DNA of 64,000 bases, from assembly GCA_963845185.1 (NCBI GenBank), contig CAWJRG010000009.1, positions 536,743-600,742 of the forward strand, read 5' to 3'. Below are positions 18,492 to 28,878 of this stretch, piece after piece. The position numbers and the translations under genes were made by a program. Positions within the stretch are counted from its first letter, which is position 1. Every line of letters starts with the position of its first letter. The notes beneath the pieces are model-generated. The model did not search any database and was not told the DNA's origin. It saw nothing but the letters and a program-made list of their open reading frames with translations. This DNA is from an uncultured bacterium (lineage in GTDB: Bacteria; Oederibacteriota; PGYV01; CAWJRG01).

Positions 18492-20147
18492 TTGAAGATA
18501 GTGCTTTATCTAAAGGATAAAATTACAAAGATAATTAAAGAAAAATACAGCGTTGAAAACGCTGATTTTGACGTAACAAGGCCGCCGGAAAACCAGGCTG
18601 CTGATTATGCTGTAAACGCGGCTTTTATACTGGCGAAAACCGCAAAAAGGCCGCCGATGGAAATAGCCGGAGAACTGGCTGCTTTGTTGAAGAATGACAA
18701 CGATATCATTGCCGCTGGCACAACGAACGGATATGTAAATATTACGCTTAAAAATGAGGTTTATCTTGAAAATTTAAACGAGCTTTTAACTGAAACTGAT
18801 TATTTCAGCAATAATACGGGAAAAGGCAAAAAAATAAACCTTGAATTTGTAAGCGCAAACCCGGTGGGGCCTTTAAATATAGTCAGCGGCAGGGCCGGTG
18901 CATACGGCGATGCAATGGCCAACCTCCTTTCTTATTCGGGCTATAAAGTGCACAGGGAATACTATTACAACGACCATGGCAGACAGGCACATCTATTTGC
19001 GGCATCCATTTTAATGAGGTATCTTGAACTTTTTGGCCTGTCCACCGAGATACCCGAAGACGGGTATAAGGGCGATTATGTAATAGATATAGCGAAAAAA
19101 ATAAAAGATGAGAACGGCTCGCACCTGTTTTTTATTAAAGACAACAAAGTGCATGTTAAATTCAAGTTCTTCGTGAAATACGGCCTTGATTATGTATTAA
19201 ACTGGCAGAAACAAACTCTCGAAAAATACGGTGTCAATTTTGACGAATGGTTTTCCGAAAGCCGGCTTTTTGAACAGGGTACGGTTGATGAATCAATGAA
19301 AATTATTGAATCAAAAGGTTTGCTTTATGAAAATGAGGGGGCTTTATGGTTTAGGACAACAGATTTTGGCGATGACAAGGACAGGGTGGTGAGAAAAAGC
19401 GACGGAGGATATACTTATTTTGTGAGCGACATAGCGTATATGTACAACAAGATAAAAAGGGGCTTTGATAAAATGATAACCATACTCGGGCCGGATCATC
19501 ACGGGTATATATCAAGGCTTGAGTCAATAATACAGGCACTTGGATATCCGAAAGAAATGTTCCAGGTGATAATACTTCAGCAGGTTAACCTGATTGAATC
19601 GGGTGAAAAATTGAAGATGTCAAAAAGGGAAGGAAAGTTCGTGATGCTTGACGAACTGCTTGACTCTGCGGGAAGAGATGCTGCACGGTATTATTTTATA
19701 ATGAGAAATTTCAATTCCCATCTTGATTTTGACATGCAACTGGCTAAGGAGCAGTCTGAAAAAAATCCAGTATTCTACGTACAGTACGCATATGCCAGGG
19801 TATGTAATATATTAAAACACGCGAAAGAAAAGGGATTTGAATCTGAAAAATACCAATTACGTGAAATAGATTTTTCATATCTTGAGCCAGAGGAAAAAGA
19901 ATTGATATTTCATATTGTGGATATCCCGGCGGCAATAAAAGAGGCGGCTGACAAATATTCACCCTCTTTTTTAGTGCAACATATATACGACCTTGTGGCA
20001 AAGTTTCATTCTTTTTACAACAAGCACAGGGTTGTTTCGGAGAATATAAAAGATACTCAGAAAAGGCTTTTCATAATGCTTGCATTAAAAAGGGCTTTAT
20101 ACGAAAGTTTCACTATTATAGGTATTACCGCAAGGGAGAATATGTGA
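18492..20147 (+). CDS. argS: Arginine--tRNA ligase
   Basis: Class I tRNA-synthetase catalytic core plus an ArgS-specific C-terminal anticodon-binding region (AARYYFIMRN...NPVFYVQYAYARVCNILKHA). TTG start after caaggaga. Confidence 0.9.
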   Translation: MKIVLYLKDKITKIIKEKYSVENADFDVTRPPENQAADYAVNAAFILAKTAKRPPMEIAGELAALLKNDNDIIAAGTTNGYVNITLKNEVYLENLNELLTETDYFSNNTGKGKKINLEFVSANPVGPLNIVSGRAGAYGDAMANLLSYSGYKVHREYYYNDHGRQAHLFAASILMRYLELFGLSTEIPEDGYKGDYVIDIAKKIKDENGSHLFFIKDNKVHVKFKFFVKYGLDYVLNWQKQTLEKYGVNFDEWFSESRLFEQGTVDESMKIIESKGLLYENEGALWFRTTDFGDDKDRVVRKSDGGYTYFVSDIAYMYNKIKRGFDKMITILGPDHHGYISRLESIIQALGYPKEMFQVIILQQVNLIESGEKLKMSKREGKFVMLDELLDSAGRDAARYYFIMRNFNSHLDFDMQLAKEQSEKNPVFYVQYAYARVCNILKHAKEKGFESEKYQLREIDFSYLEPEEKELIFHIVDIPAAIKEAADKYSPSFLVQHIYDLVAKFHSFYNKHRVVSENIKDTQKRLFIMLALKRALYESFTIIGITARENM

Positions 20148-20211
20148 AATATTGGGAATGATTTTAACGAAAGCCCAAAACCAAATACCCGATATATTTC
20201 AGGGAGGATAA

Positions 20212-21198
20212 ATGGAAGAAAAAGAGATTGAAAAAGATATTAAAGAGATAAAGAAACAAAATGAGTCTTTGTCCGGCGAAATAGCGAGCATAAAGCAGGA
20301 AATAGTAAATCTTAAAAAGATAAAGGATGAAATACAGGAACGATATGAAGACCTTTTGCGTAAGGAAGAATCCTTTTTGAACGACGTCAACGACCAGATA
20401 GAACGCGAAATATTTGTTGTCGTGCTCGGCACAATAAAAAAATATGTCAACAAGGAAATGGTTGCACTTAAATTGCTGCGCAGGCGCATAAGAGCTCAGG
20501 TAAGGCACCAGGTAAAAAGAGAAACTGACAAGGAAGTAAGAAACCTGCTGCCAGGCATAAAGAAAGAAATGCAAAAAATAGCACTCGATATATTAAATCA
20601 GCTGAAACGGCAGACGGGCAAACAACTTGAAAAAGAAGTGCAGGAGCAGGTTAAGGAAACAGCACAGATATTGATTGAGAAAATGGAAGAAAGCGAAATA
20701 AAAGCTATAACAGACGCATTGACAGGCGTTTTTAACCGCAGGTATTTTGAGACAAGAATAGAGCAGGAATTGAAACTTGCCAAAAGGTTTCAGAACCAGC
20801 TTTCCCTGATAATGCTTGATATAGACCATTTTAAAGATATAAATGACACTTACGGGCACCAGACAGGGGATCTTGTGCTGCAGGAAATAGTTACGGTAGT
20901 GAAAGGAACTATAAGCAGCACGGATTTTCTTTTCAGATACGGCGGTGAGGAATTCGCTGTAATAATGCAGGAAACACCGGTGGATAAGGCGTTCGAGATT
21001 GCCGAGAACATGAGAAAAGCCGTGCAGGAACATACTTTTTACGGCGGAAATAAAGTAATAAACGTCACAATAAGTCTCGGAGTTGCCGAATATCCAGCAC
21101 ACGCAATCATAAAACACGTGCTTGTAGAAAAGGCCGACGACGCTCTTTATTATGCCAAACAAACAGGCAGGAATAACACGAAAATAGCTGTTAAATAA
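20212..21198 (+). CDS. Diguanylate cyclase (GGDEF domain) with N-terminal coiled-coil region
   Basis: RRYFETRIEQE...DIDHFKDINDTYGH...RYGGEEFAVIM. Confidence 0.9.
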   Translation: MEEKEIEKDIKEIKKQNESLSGEIASIKQEIVNLKKIKDEIQERYEDLLRKEESFLNDVNDQIEREIFVVVLGTIKKYVNKEMVALKLLRRRIRAQVRHQVKRETDKEVRNLLPGIKKEMQKIALDILNQLKRQTGKQLEKEVQEQVKETAQILIEKMEESEIKAITDALTGVFNRRYFETRIEQELKLAKRFQNQLSLIMLDIDHFKDINDTYGHQTGDLVLQEIVTVVKGTISSTDFLFRYGGEEFAVIMQETPVDKAFEIAENMRKAVQEHTFYGGNKVINVTISLGVAEYPAHAIIKHVLVEKADDALYYAKQTGRNNTKIAVK

Positions 21199-21218
21199 TC
21201 CTTATATTCAAGGTAAAA

Positions 21219-22001
21219 ATGGACAAAAAAAATTTTAAGTGTACGGTTGCATATAAAGGCACGGTTTACTACGGATGGCAGAAACAGAAAAATTTTCTGA
21301 CAATCCAGGGGATAATAGAATATGCGCTGGGAAAAATATTTGCAAAAGAAATAAGCACTTATGCAGCCAGCAGGACAGATGCTGGCGTGCACGCCTTTGG
21401 CCAGGTTTTTAATTTTAAAACAGAAACTTCGTTAGAGCCTGAAAATATAAAAAATATTTTAAACGACCTGCTTCCTGAAGACGTGGTGATAAAAAACATA
21501 GAAGAAGCAGATTCCAGTTTTAATCCGCGCCAAAATGTGAAAAAAAAATTCTACAGGTATTTGATCTTCAACGCCAATTTTTTACATCCTGTTTATAAAG
21601 GCCTGTGCTGGCAAGTCATAAAACCCATAAAAATCGACGAAATTATGAAAATTCTGCCGGCCTTTTTAGGTATAAAAAACTATTTTTCTTTTTCAAAATC
21701 CGGTTCTGATGATAAACAGTTTGAACGTACGATTGATAAAATAAGGGTAAAAAGGAAAAACAAGTGGGTTTATTTTGATTTTGAGGGGCAGAGTTTTTTA
21801 TACCAGATGCTGCGTAAAATCACAGCGGTTTTGGTGATGTTTGCACATGGCAAAGTGAGCAGGGAGACAATTGAAGAAATGTTCAAAAAAGAGGACAGAA
21901 CAATTTCGGGGCATATAGCGCCACCTGATGGGCTGTATCTTATGAAAATAACTTACGATAAAAATCGGCGTACAAAAATTTCGGCTGCATATGACAGGTA
22001 A
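21219..22001 (+). CDS. truA: tRNA pseudouridine(38-40) synthase
   Basis: YKGTVYYGWQKQ and the catalytic region RTDAGVHAFGQV. Confidence 0.9.
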   Translation: MDKKNFKCTVAYKGTVYYGWQKQKNFLTIQGIIEYALGKIFAKEISTYAASRTDAGVHAFGQVFNFKTETSLEPENIKNILNDLLPEDVVIKNIEEADSSFNPRQNVKKKFYRYLIFNANFLHPVYKGLCWQVIKPIKIDEIMKILPAFLGIKNYFSFSKSGSDDKQFERTIDKIRVKRKNKWVYFDFEGQSFLYQMLRKITAVLVMFAHGKVSRETIEEMFKKEDRTISGHIAPPDGLYLMKITYDKNRRTKISAAYDR

Positions 22002-22054
22002 TAAAGTTTTGCAAGCACCGGATTTGAAGTCTTTATTTCTTAAAAGGAGATAGT

Positions 22055-24655
22055 TTGGACAAAACATTTTATATTATTGACGCTAATTCTTTTGCGTACA
22101 GGGCTTTTTACGCCCTTCCGCCGCTTACTACAAAAGACGGCATTGAAATACAGGCTGTTTACGGGTTTTACAACATGCTGCAGAAAATTATGAAAGAAAA
22201 AAAGCCAGATTACATAGCTTTGACTTTTGATTATCCCGGGCCCACCAAACGGCATAAGATGTTTGCCGAATATAAAATCCAGCGTGAGAAAATGCCTGAG
22301 TCACTGCAAATCCAGATGAAAATTATAAAAGAAATAGCCGGAAAAGGCAAAATCCCTGTTTTTGAAAAAGAAGGTTATGAAGCAGACGATATAATAGCCG
22401 CTGTGGCGGATATTTCCCAAAAAACAGCAAACGTGGTTGTCCTCACGGGCGATAAGGATATTTTGCAGATAGTAAATAAAAATATCAGCGTAATGAAAAT
22501 AAAAAAAGACGGCGATATATATTTTACACCCGAGAAAATGAAGGAAGAATACGGAATTGAACCGGCAAATATAGTCGATGTGCTTGCTTTAATGGGTGAC
22601 TCATCTGACAATATACCCGGGGTAAAGGGCATAGGTGAAAAAACAGCTTATACGCTTGTCCGTGAATTTAAAACCGTCGAAAATCTTATTGAAAATTCTA
22701 GCAAAATCAAGCGGGAAAAAATTAAACAACTTGTAGAGGCCAATGTCGAATCTATAAAATTAAGCAAAAAACTTGCTGAATTAAAGCCCGATAAAGAACT
22801 GATAGATTTAATAAATTTTGATATAAACGAATGCGCATCAGAAAAGATAAATAACGAAGGCTTGAGTGCGGAATTTCTGAATTATAATTTTAAAACACTT
22901 GTTGGCAACAAAAGCCCTGTAGACGCTGAAATCAAAATGAATAAGGAAGTTAGCAAAATAAATGATTTTGAGGAAATAACCGGTTATATTAAAAAAGCCG
23001 AAGAAATTACAATATTCTTTTCGGGGGTGGAGGATGATATTGAAATTATATCTGCCGGGGTAAATGATAAATTTTATTATTTTATAAATGATTTTAAAGC
23101 CTTACCTGAAGAAATAAATAAAAAAAATATAATAACGAACTCGGTAAAGCATATTTTCCGGCATTTAAAAACTACAATGAATAAACCGGTGTATGACCTT
23201 ACGATTATGAGTTATCTGCTTGACCCGGATAAAACGTACAGGGATTTGTCATATGTGTTGACGGCGTATTTGGGCAGGACATTTCTTTCTTTTGAGGATG
23301 TTGCGGGCAAAGGCGTAAAGAAAATAACGCTGCAGGATGTGGACGAAAAATTGCTTAAAAAATATGTCTTTTTACTGCTTGATTCGGCAGGTGAAGCAAA
23401 AAACAAACTTTATAATGAAATAGAAAGCAATAATTTAAAGAAGGTTTATGAAAATATAGAAATCCCGCTTTCGAGGGTGCTGGCCGATATGGAAAAAAAC
23501 GGTATAAAGATAGATACGGCATACCTTGATGAACTCATAACAAAAACGGGCAATTCCATAAAAGAACTTGAAAAAGGTATTTATGAAGACGCGGGCACTG
23601 AATTCAATATAAACTCGCCAAGGCAAATCGGCGAAATACTTTTTGAAAAGTTAAATTTACCAAAAGGGAAAAAGATAAAAACAGGATATTCGACGGACGT
23701 GGATGTCCTGGAATCGCTTTCCGGGATACATCCGGTAGTGGAAAAAATCCTGCGGTACAGGTCTTTGAATAAATTTAAAAACAGCTATCTAGACGTGATA
23801 AAGGGATATGTTGATAAGGACAATAAAACTTATCCGGTATATAACCAGACCACTGCAGCTACCGGCAGGCTATCAACATCAAGGCCTAACATACAAAGTA
23901 CGCCTGTTCGCGGGATTGAGGGCAGGGAAATAAGAAAGATTTTTATACCGCTTGAGGATAAGCAGATTGTTATAAGCGCGGATTATTCGCAGATTGAGTT
24001 GAGAATCCTTGCACACTTTTCAAAGGATAAAAAACTAAAGCAGGCCTTTGTGGAAAATATAGATATACATACGCTTACGGCTTCGGAAATATTTGAAGTC
24101 CTGCCAGGGTTTGTAACAAAAGACCAGCGCAGGGCAGCTAAAACTATTAATTTCGGTATAATATACGGCATGAGCCCTTTTGGACTTTCAAAAGAACTGA
24201 GAATTTCAAACCGAGATGCGCAGAGGTACATAGAAAAATTCATTTTAACTTTTCCGGGTGTAAAAACATACCAGAATGATATAATAGATGCGGCCAGAAA
24301 AAACGGTTTTGTGGAAACTCTGACCGGAAGGCGAAGATACATGGCAAATATTAACAGCGCAAACAGGACAATAAGGGAATTCGCGGAACGGGCAGCCATA
24401 AATGCGCCCATACAAGGGACTGCCGCGGATATAATTAAAATAGCGATGATAAACATATTTGACAAATTTTCAAAGTTTAAGTTAAAAACAAAGATGATTC
24501 TACAAATTCACGATGAGCTTGTTTTCAGCACTGTGCCCGAGGAGAAGGAAAAAGTCAAAGAAATAGTTAAGGAATCCATGGAGACCGCGTTGAAAATTGA
24601 TGTGCCGCTTGTTATTTCAATGGGGGAAGGAAAAAACTGGTATGAGTGCGGGTAG
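22055..24655 (+). CDS. polA: DNA polymerase I (5'-3' exonuclease plus polymerase; 3'-5' exonuclease region appears degenerate)
   Basis: 5'-nuclease N-terminal domain (GDSSDNIPGVKGIGEKTA). Polymerase motifs RRAAKTINFGIIYGMS and QIHDELVF. The region corresponding to Exo I shows no obvious D-x-E. TTG start after aaaggaga. Confidence 0.95.
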   Translation: MDKTFYIIDANSFAYRAFYALPPLTTKDGIEIQAVYGFYNMLQKIMKEKKPDYIALTFDYPGPTKRHKMFAEYKIQREKMPESLQIQMKIIKEIAGKGKIPVFEKEGYEADDIIAAVADISQKTANVVVLTGDKDILQIVNKNISVMKIKKDGDIYFTPEKMKEEYGIEPANIVDVLALMGDSSDNIPGVKGIGEKTAYTLVREFKTVENLIENSSKIKREKIKQLVEANVESIKLSKKLAELKPDKELIDLINFDINECASEKINNEGLSAEFLNYNFKTLVGNKSPVDAEIKMNKEVSKINDFEEITGYIKKAEEITIFFSGVEDDIEIISAGVNDKFYYFINDFKALPEEINKKNIITNSVKHIFRHLKTTMNKPVYDLTIMSYLLDPDKTYRDLSYVLTAYLGRTFLSFEDVAGKGVKKITLQDVDEKLLKKYVFLLLDSAGEAKNKLYNEIESNNLKKVYENIEIPLSRVLADMEKNGIKIDTAYLDELITKTGNSIKELEKGIYEDAGTEFNINSPRQIGEILFEKLNLPKGKKIKTGYSTDVDVLESLSGIHPVVEKILRYRSLNKFKNSYLDVIKGYVDKDNKTYPVYNQTTAATGRLSTSRPNIQSTPVRGIEGREIRKIFIPLEDKQIVISADYSQIELRILAHFSKDKKLKQAFVENIDIHTLTASEIFEVLPGFVTKDQRRAAKTINFGIIYGMSPFGLSKELRISNRDAQRYIEKFILTFPGVKTYQNDIIDAARKNGFVETLTGRRRYMANINSANRTIREFAERAAINAPIQGTAADIIKIAMINIFDKFSKFKLKTKMILQIHDELVFSTVPEEKEKVKEIVKESMETALKIDVPLVISMGEGKNWYECG

Positions 24656-25247
24656 GCAAAAAGTAATCATAGGGGTTACGGGAACAATAAGGTCCGGGAA
24701 AACCGAAGCATGCAGGCATCTTGAAAAAGCCGGCTATTATGTTATAGATGTGGATGAATTTGCCCATAAATTATATAAAAAAGGCAACAGGCTGTGGAAT
24801 ATATTAAAAAATGAATACGGAAGTGTGATACTAAGTAAAACCGGGGAAATTGACAGAGAAACACTTGCAGAAATTGTATTTGAAACCAAAAAAAAATACC
24901 GAACGTTTGCCTCGCTTATATTTCCTTTTTTGAACGATATGCTTTTAAGGTATATCAAAAAACTCAAAAAAAGAGTTATTGTACTTGATATGGCTGTGCT
25001 TTTTGAGTCGGGATTTTACAAATATGCTGATTTTATATTAATAATCCGGGTCAATAACAGTATATGGATAAAAAGAATGAAAAAGAGACAAAACATAGAA
25101 AAGGCCAAAAAAATCATGGGTTTTCAGAATATATTTTCGATATCAAAAAAGATTGCATTAAGCGATATTGTCATATATAATGATAAAAGTAATAGAGAAC
25201 TCGGTAAAAACATAAAAAGGGCCGTAGAAAATTTACTCAGGAGATAA
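24642..25247 (+). CDS. coaE: Dephospho-CoA kinase
   Basis: Walker A motif in VIIGVTGTIRSGKTE. ATG at 24642 follows gggggaagg and overlaps the polA stop by 14 nt. Confidence 0.8.
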   Translation: MSAGRQKVIIGVTGTIRSGKTEACRHLEKAGYYVIDVDEFAHKLYKKGNRLWNILKNEYGSVILSKTGEIDRETLAEIVFETKKKYRTFASLIFPFLNDMLLRYIKKLKKRVIVLDMAVLFESGFYKYADFILIIRVNNSIWIKRMKKRQNIEKAKKIMGFQNIFSISKKIALSDIVIYNDKSNRELGKNIKRAVENLLRR

Positions 25248-25253
25248 TTAGTA

Positions 25254-26120
25254 ATGAATCTCAAGGAAAAAGAAGAGCAAATAAAGAAAATAGTGGACAG
25301 AATGAAGGCTTTGCCTACACTTTCTATAGTTGTTGCTAATGCAATTCAAGTTGTTTCTAATCCTTTGACCTCTGCTTCCGATTTAAGCAGGATAATATCG
25401 GTTGACCAAGCCTTGACGGCTAAAGTTTTAAGGCTTGCAAATTCAGCATTTTATGGGTTTCCTTTTAGAATTAAAAATATAACCCAAGCCATAGCTATCC
25501 TGGGGTTTGATACCATCAGAAACTTGGTACTTACGGTGTCAGTATATAAAATATTCACGAAAGATATTAATATAGAGTTTTCACACCAGGAATTTTGGAA
25601 ACACTGCGTGGGCGTGGCAATATGCGCAAAATTACTGGCAAAAAGAATAAAATATAAGTCAATTGAAGGTGCATTTACCGCAGGGCTTTTGCATGATATA
25701 GGAAAAAATTTCTTTGAAGAGTATATGACAAATGAATTTCAGCAGGTTTTAAAATATGTAAAGGAACACAATACAAGCATTTATAACGCTGAAAAGGAAG
25801 TGATAGGGGTTGACCATGCGACTGTTGGGAAATGGATGGCTGAAAAGTGGAACCTGCCCCAGGAACTTGTCGCGGGGATAGGATATCATCACAATCCTAA
25901 TGAAGAAAAAGAAGAATATGTAATAGCAACAATAATAAATGCAGCAAATATATTATGCAAACAAAAAGGGATAGGTTTCTCGGGGGATAATTCGATAATG
26001 CCTTTGAACAGAGAGAATAGAAACCTCCTTAACCTTGATGAAAATAATGAAAAGGCACTTATTGAATCGCTTGATGGCGAGCTTAAAGAGGCTGAGGCAT
26101 TTTTATCAATACCACAGTAG
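25254..26120 (+). CDS. HDOD domain signalling protein
   Basis: HDOD-type degenerate HD motif LLHDIGK, with surrounding helices of typical HDOD length. Confidence 0.8.
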   Translation: MNLKEKEEQIKKIVDRMKALPTLSIVVANAIQVVSNPLTSASDLSRIISVDQALTAKVLRLANSAFYGFPFRIKNITQAIAILGFDTIRNLVLTVSVYKIFTKDINIEFSHQEFWKHCVGVAICAKLLAKRIKYKSIEGAFTAGLLHDIGKNFFEEYMTNEFQQVLKYVKEHNTSIYNAEKEVIGVDHATVGKWMAEKWNLPQELVAGIGYHHNPNEEKEEYVIATIINAANILCKQKGIGFSGDNSIMPLNRENRNLLNLDENNEKALIESLDGELKEAEAFLSIPQ

Positions 26121-26294
26121 TGATGTCATAAATGGCAGCTGAAAGTCATAAAATATATACTATGGGGATTTGTGGAGCCAGAGGTTATAGGTTAAAAATA
26201 AAAGATTAAAATTCCAAGCTTAAAACCAAAAGCAGAAACAACTGTATTTGCTAAGAAATTTTCACAGAACAATGACGCAGGAGGTCGCAATATT

Positions 26295-27428
26295 ATGCCT
26301 GACAGTGAAGGAACCAGCGAACTAAAAGATTATATAAAAAATTTAGAGGTCATAAATGAAGGGTTAAGGCAATCGTTTGAGGATTTGACTACCCTTTACC
26401 GTCTTGTTGACATCATTACAGAAGCCAAAACACTTGAACGAGTTTTAAATTCCTTGATGGATCTTACAGCTGAAATAATATCCTATGTCGGTGCCGAGCT
26501 TTTTTTAATAGACGAAAAAACAGGCGAGCTTGATGTGGGAATAAAAAGGAATATAAGCAAAAGTATTGAAGCAAAAATAAACCTTCAAAATAAAAGAAAA
26601 GTAATTGACTGGGCTTTAAAAGAGGGCAGAACAATAGCCATGCCGGATATTGAGGAAGAAATACCGGAGTCTCAGAAAATGACCATTGTGTTGGTGCCTT
26701 TAATTGCCCACGACAAGTCAATAGGCATACTTGATATCATTACCGATACAGGAGAAGGTAATATCACCAGCAGGGATTTATCACTGCTGACAGTACTTGC
26801 CAAACAGGCAGCTCTTGCAATTGAAAATGTCAAGCTTTATGAGAGTATGAAGAAGGATCAGATCAGCATAATAAGGGCGCTTGCATCGACAGTTGACGCA
26901 AAGGATCATTACACACTCGGCCATTCACAAAAAGTTTCCGAGTTATCTGTATCAATAGCCGAAGAACTCGGGCTGCCGGAAAGGGAAATTGAAATAATTC
27001 AATATGCAGGGCTTTTACATGACGTAGGAAAAATAGCGATACCTGATGAAGTGATAAAAAAACCGACAAAGCTTACAGCAGAGGAATTTGAGATTGTAAA
27101 GAATCATCCTGCTGTCGGCGCAAAAATTATAAAAGAAATAGAGGCTCTTTCGCCAATGGTGCCTATAGTGCTTCACCATCATGAGCGCTTTGACGGGAAA
27201 GGATATCCCAACGGGTTAAAGGGGGAAGAAATACCTATCGGAGCTCGCATAGTTCTTGTCGCTGATGCATTTGATACAATGGTATCAGCAAGAGCATACA
27301 GGGATATGATGCCGAATGAGCTGGCAATTTCCGAACTGCGTAAAAACGCAGGGACCCAATTTGATCCAAATGTGGTGGACGCTTTAATCATACGTTTGAG
27401 GAAAAAAGCGGTGGATAATGAGCGATAG
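26295..27428 (+). CDS. GAF domain plus HD-GYP domain protein (putative c-di-GMP phosphodiesterase)
   Basis: HD-GYP motifs HSQKVSELS...LLHDVGKIAIPD...HHERFDGKGYPNGL. Confidence 0.85.
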   Translation: MPDSEGTSELKDYIKNLEVINEGLRQSFEDLTTLYRLVDIITEAKTLERVLNSLMDLTAEIISYVGAELFLIDEKTGELDVGIKRNISKSIEAKINLQNKRKVIDWALKEGRTIAMPDIEEEIPESQKMTIVLVPLIAHDKSIGILDIITDTGEGNITSRDLSLLTVLAKQAALAIENVKLYESMKKDQISIIRALASTVDAKDHYTLGHSQKVSELSVSIAEELGLPEREIEIIQYAGLLHDVGKIAIPDEVIKKPTKLTAEEFEIVKNHPAVGAKIIKEIEALSPMVPIVLHHHERFDGKGYPNGLKGEEIPIGARIVLVADAFDTMVSARAYRDMMPNELAISELRKNAGTQFDPNVVDALIIRLRKKAVDNER

Positions 27429-28878
27429 TTTTTCATTCGAAAAATTATTCTATAAAGAAAACGACAGCATCCCTTTTATAGTAGCCAACATTATTTTAAT
27501 AGCATTTATAACCGTGGTTTTATTTATAATTGCATTGGACCCAAGAAAAGCACTTATAATGATTCTGGGATATTTTTTAATTGTCTATGCTTTCTATACT
27601 ATGGGAAAAGGTATATGCGTTATATACGGAATAATTTACAATTTTTTTATACTTGCCCTAATGCTTACCGCCCATAAAAACGCAAGTGCTCTATGGGGAT
27701 ATTTTTTTATTATGGTTTCAAGCATAGGTCTTATTTTTCAGGTTATAAGTTATATTAATGAAATAGAAGAAGAAAAGAGTTTAATTGAGATAAAAGAAAC
27801 TGAATTTTTAAAGGAAATGAACGACACCAAAAAAAATATTGAAAAAAATAGAAATATGATGGAAGGAAACGAAACAAGGATAGAAAACTATAACCTATTG
27901 AATAAAATAGCCCAGAAGCTTTCCAGCACGCTTCGCAGGACAGATATTGTGAAAATAATTTCTACTGAAATGTCGCGGATAGCTGGAAATAAAAAAATCA
28001 ATTTTCAAGTCATTATCTGGGATGAGGATGCGCAGGCATATTTTCCGGTAGAAACGGATAATATTGAATACGGCACAATGAAAATTTATAAGAAAGACGC
28101 TTTTGATGAGTGGATATTTACTAATAAATTTACTCTGCTGATCAAGAATATCGACGAAGATTTCAGGTTTAAAATGCTTGAAAAGGAAGATTTGAAATTT
28201 AAATCCATGGTAGCTGTTCCGCTTGTGGAAGAAAAAAAAATTATTGGAATTTTAAAGTTTATGGCGGAGGAAGCCAATGTATTCGACACAGAAGACGCCA
28301 GACTTTTTAATTATCTTGGCGATGTGTGCACAACAGCTGTTGAAAACGCTATTCTTTATAAAAAAACCGAGGATCTTGCAATAAAAGACGGACTCACAGG
28401 GCTATTTATACGAAGATATTTTATTGAAAAACTTGAAGAAGAAGTAAGAAGGGCAAGACAAAGCGGAAGTACTTTTTCCTTTTTAATGATTGACCTCGAC
28501 CATTTCAAGGAATGCAATGATACTTACGGGCATCTTGCGGGCGACAGCGTATTAAAAGATCTGGGAACATATTTAGGAAGCTTTGTAAGAGATGTGGATA
28601 TAATAGGCAGGTATGGAGGAGAGGAATTCGCCATTATACTTCCCGATACTTCCTTGAATGGCGCAAGGTTTGTAGCGGAAAGAATCAGGGCCGATTTTGA
28701 AAAGCACCAACTAAAAATATCCGACGAGAAAACTATAAAACTTACATTGAGCATTGGCGGTGTTGAATTCAAAAAGGACCATAAACTTATGGAAATAGTA
28801 AACATGGCCGACAAAGCGCTATATTACTCAAAAGGAAACGGCAGAAATATGGTAACTTTCTGGGAGGACATAAATTGA
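27418..28878 (+). CDS. Membrane-anchored GAF-GGDEF diguanylate cyclase
   Basis: N-terminal TM helices. GGDEF region RRYFIEKLEEE...DLDHFKECNDTYGH...RYGGEEFAIIL. Overlaps the upstream gene by 11 nt. Confidence 0.85.
   Translation: MSDSFSFEKLFYKENDSIPFIVANIILIAFITVVLFIIALDPRKALIMILGYFLIVYAFYTMGKGICVIYGIIYNFFILALMLTAHKNASALWGYFFIMVSSIGLIFQVISYINEIEEEKSLIEIKETEFLKEMNDTKKNIEKNRNMMEGNETRIENYNLLNKIAQKLSSTLRRTDIVKIISTEMSRIAGNKKINFQVIIWDEDAQAYFPVETDNIEYGTMKIYKKDAFDEWIFTNKFTLLIKNIDEDFRFKMLEKEDLKFKSMVAVPLVEEKKIIGILKFMAEEANVFDTEDARLFNYLGDVCTTAVENAILYKKTEDLAIKDGLTGLFIRRYFIEKLEEEVRRARQSGSTFSFLMIDLDHFKECNDTYGHLAGDSVLKDLGTYLGSFVRDVDIIGRYGGEEFAIILPDTSLNGARFVAERIRADFEKHQLKISDEKTIKLTLSIGGVEFKKDHKLMEIVNMADKALYYSKGNGRNMVTFWEDIN

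Noticed and set aside
20164-20574. 136-aa minus-strand ORF with F/Y/L-rich low-complexity sequence.
   Set aside because: It is antisense to the coiled-coil region of the GGDEF gene, which is AT-rich with repetitive codons. It is an artefact.
26121-26294. Possible c-di-GMP riboswitch upstream of the GAF-HD-GYP operon.
   Set aside because: I inspected the spacer and found no GEMM-like paired hairpins with a GNRA tetraloop/receptor. Only a short direct repeat (gtcataaa) is present.
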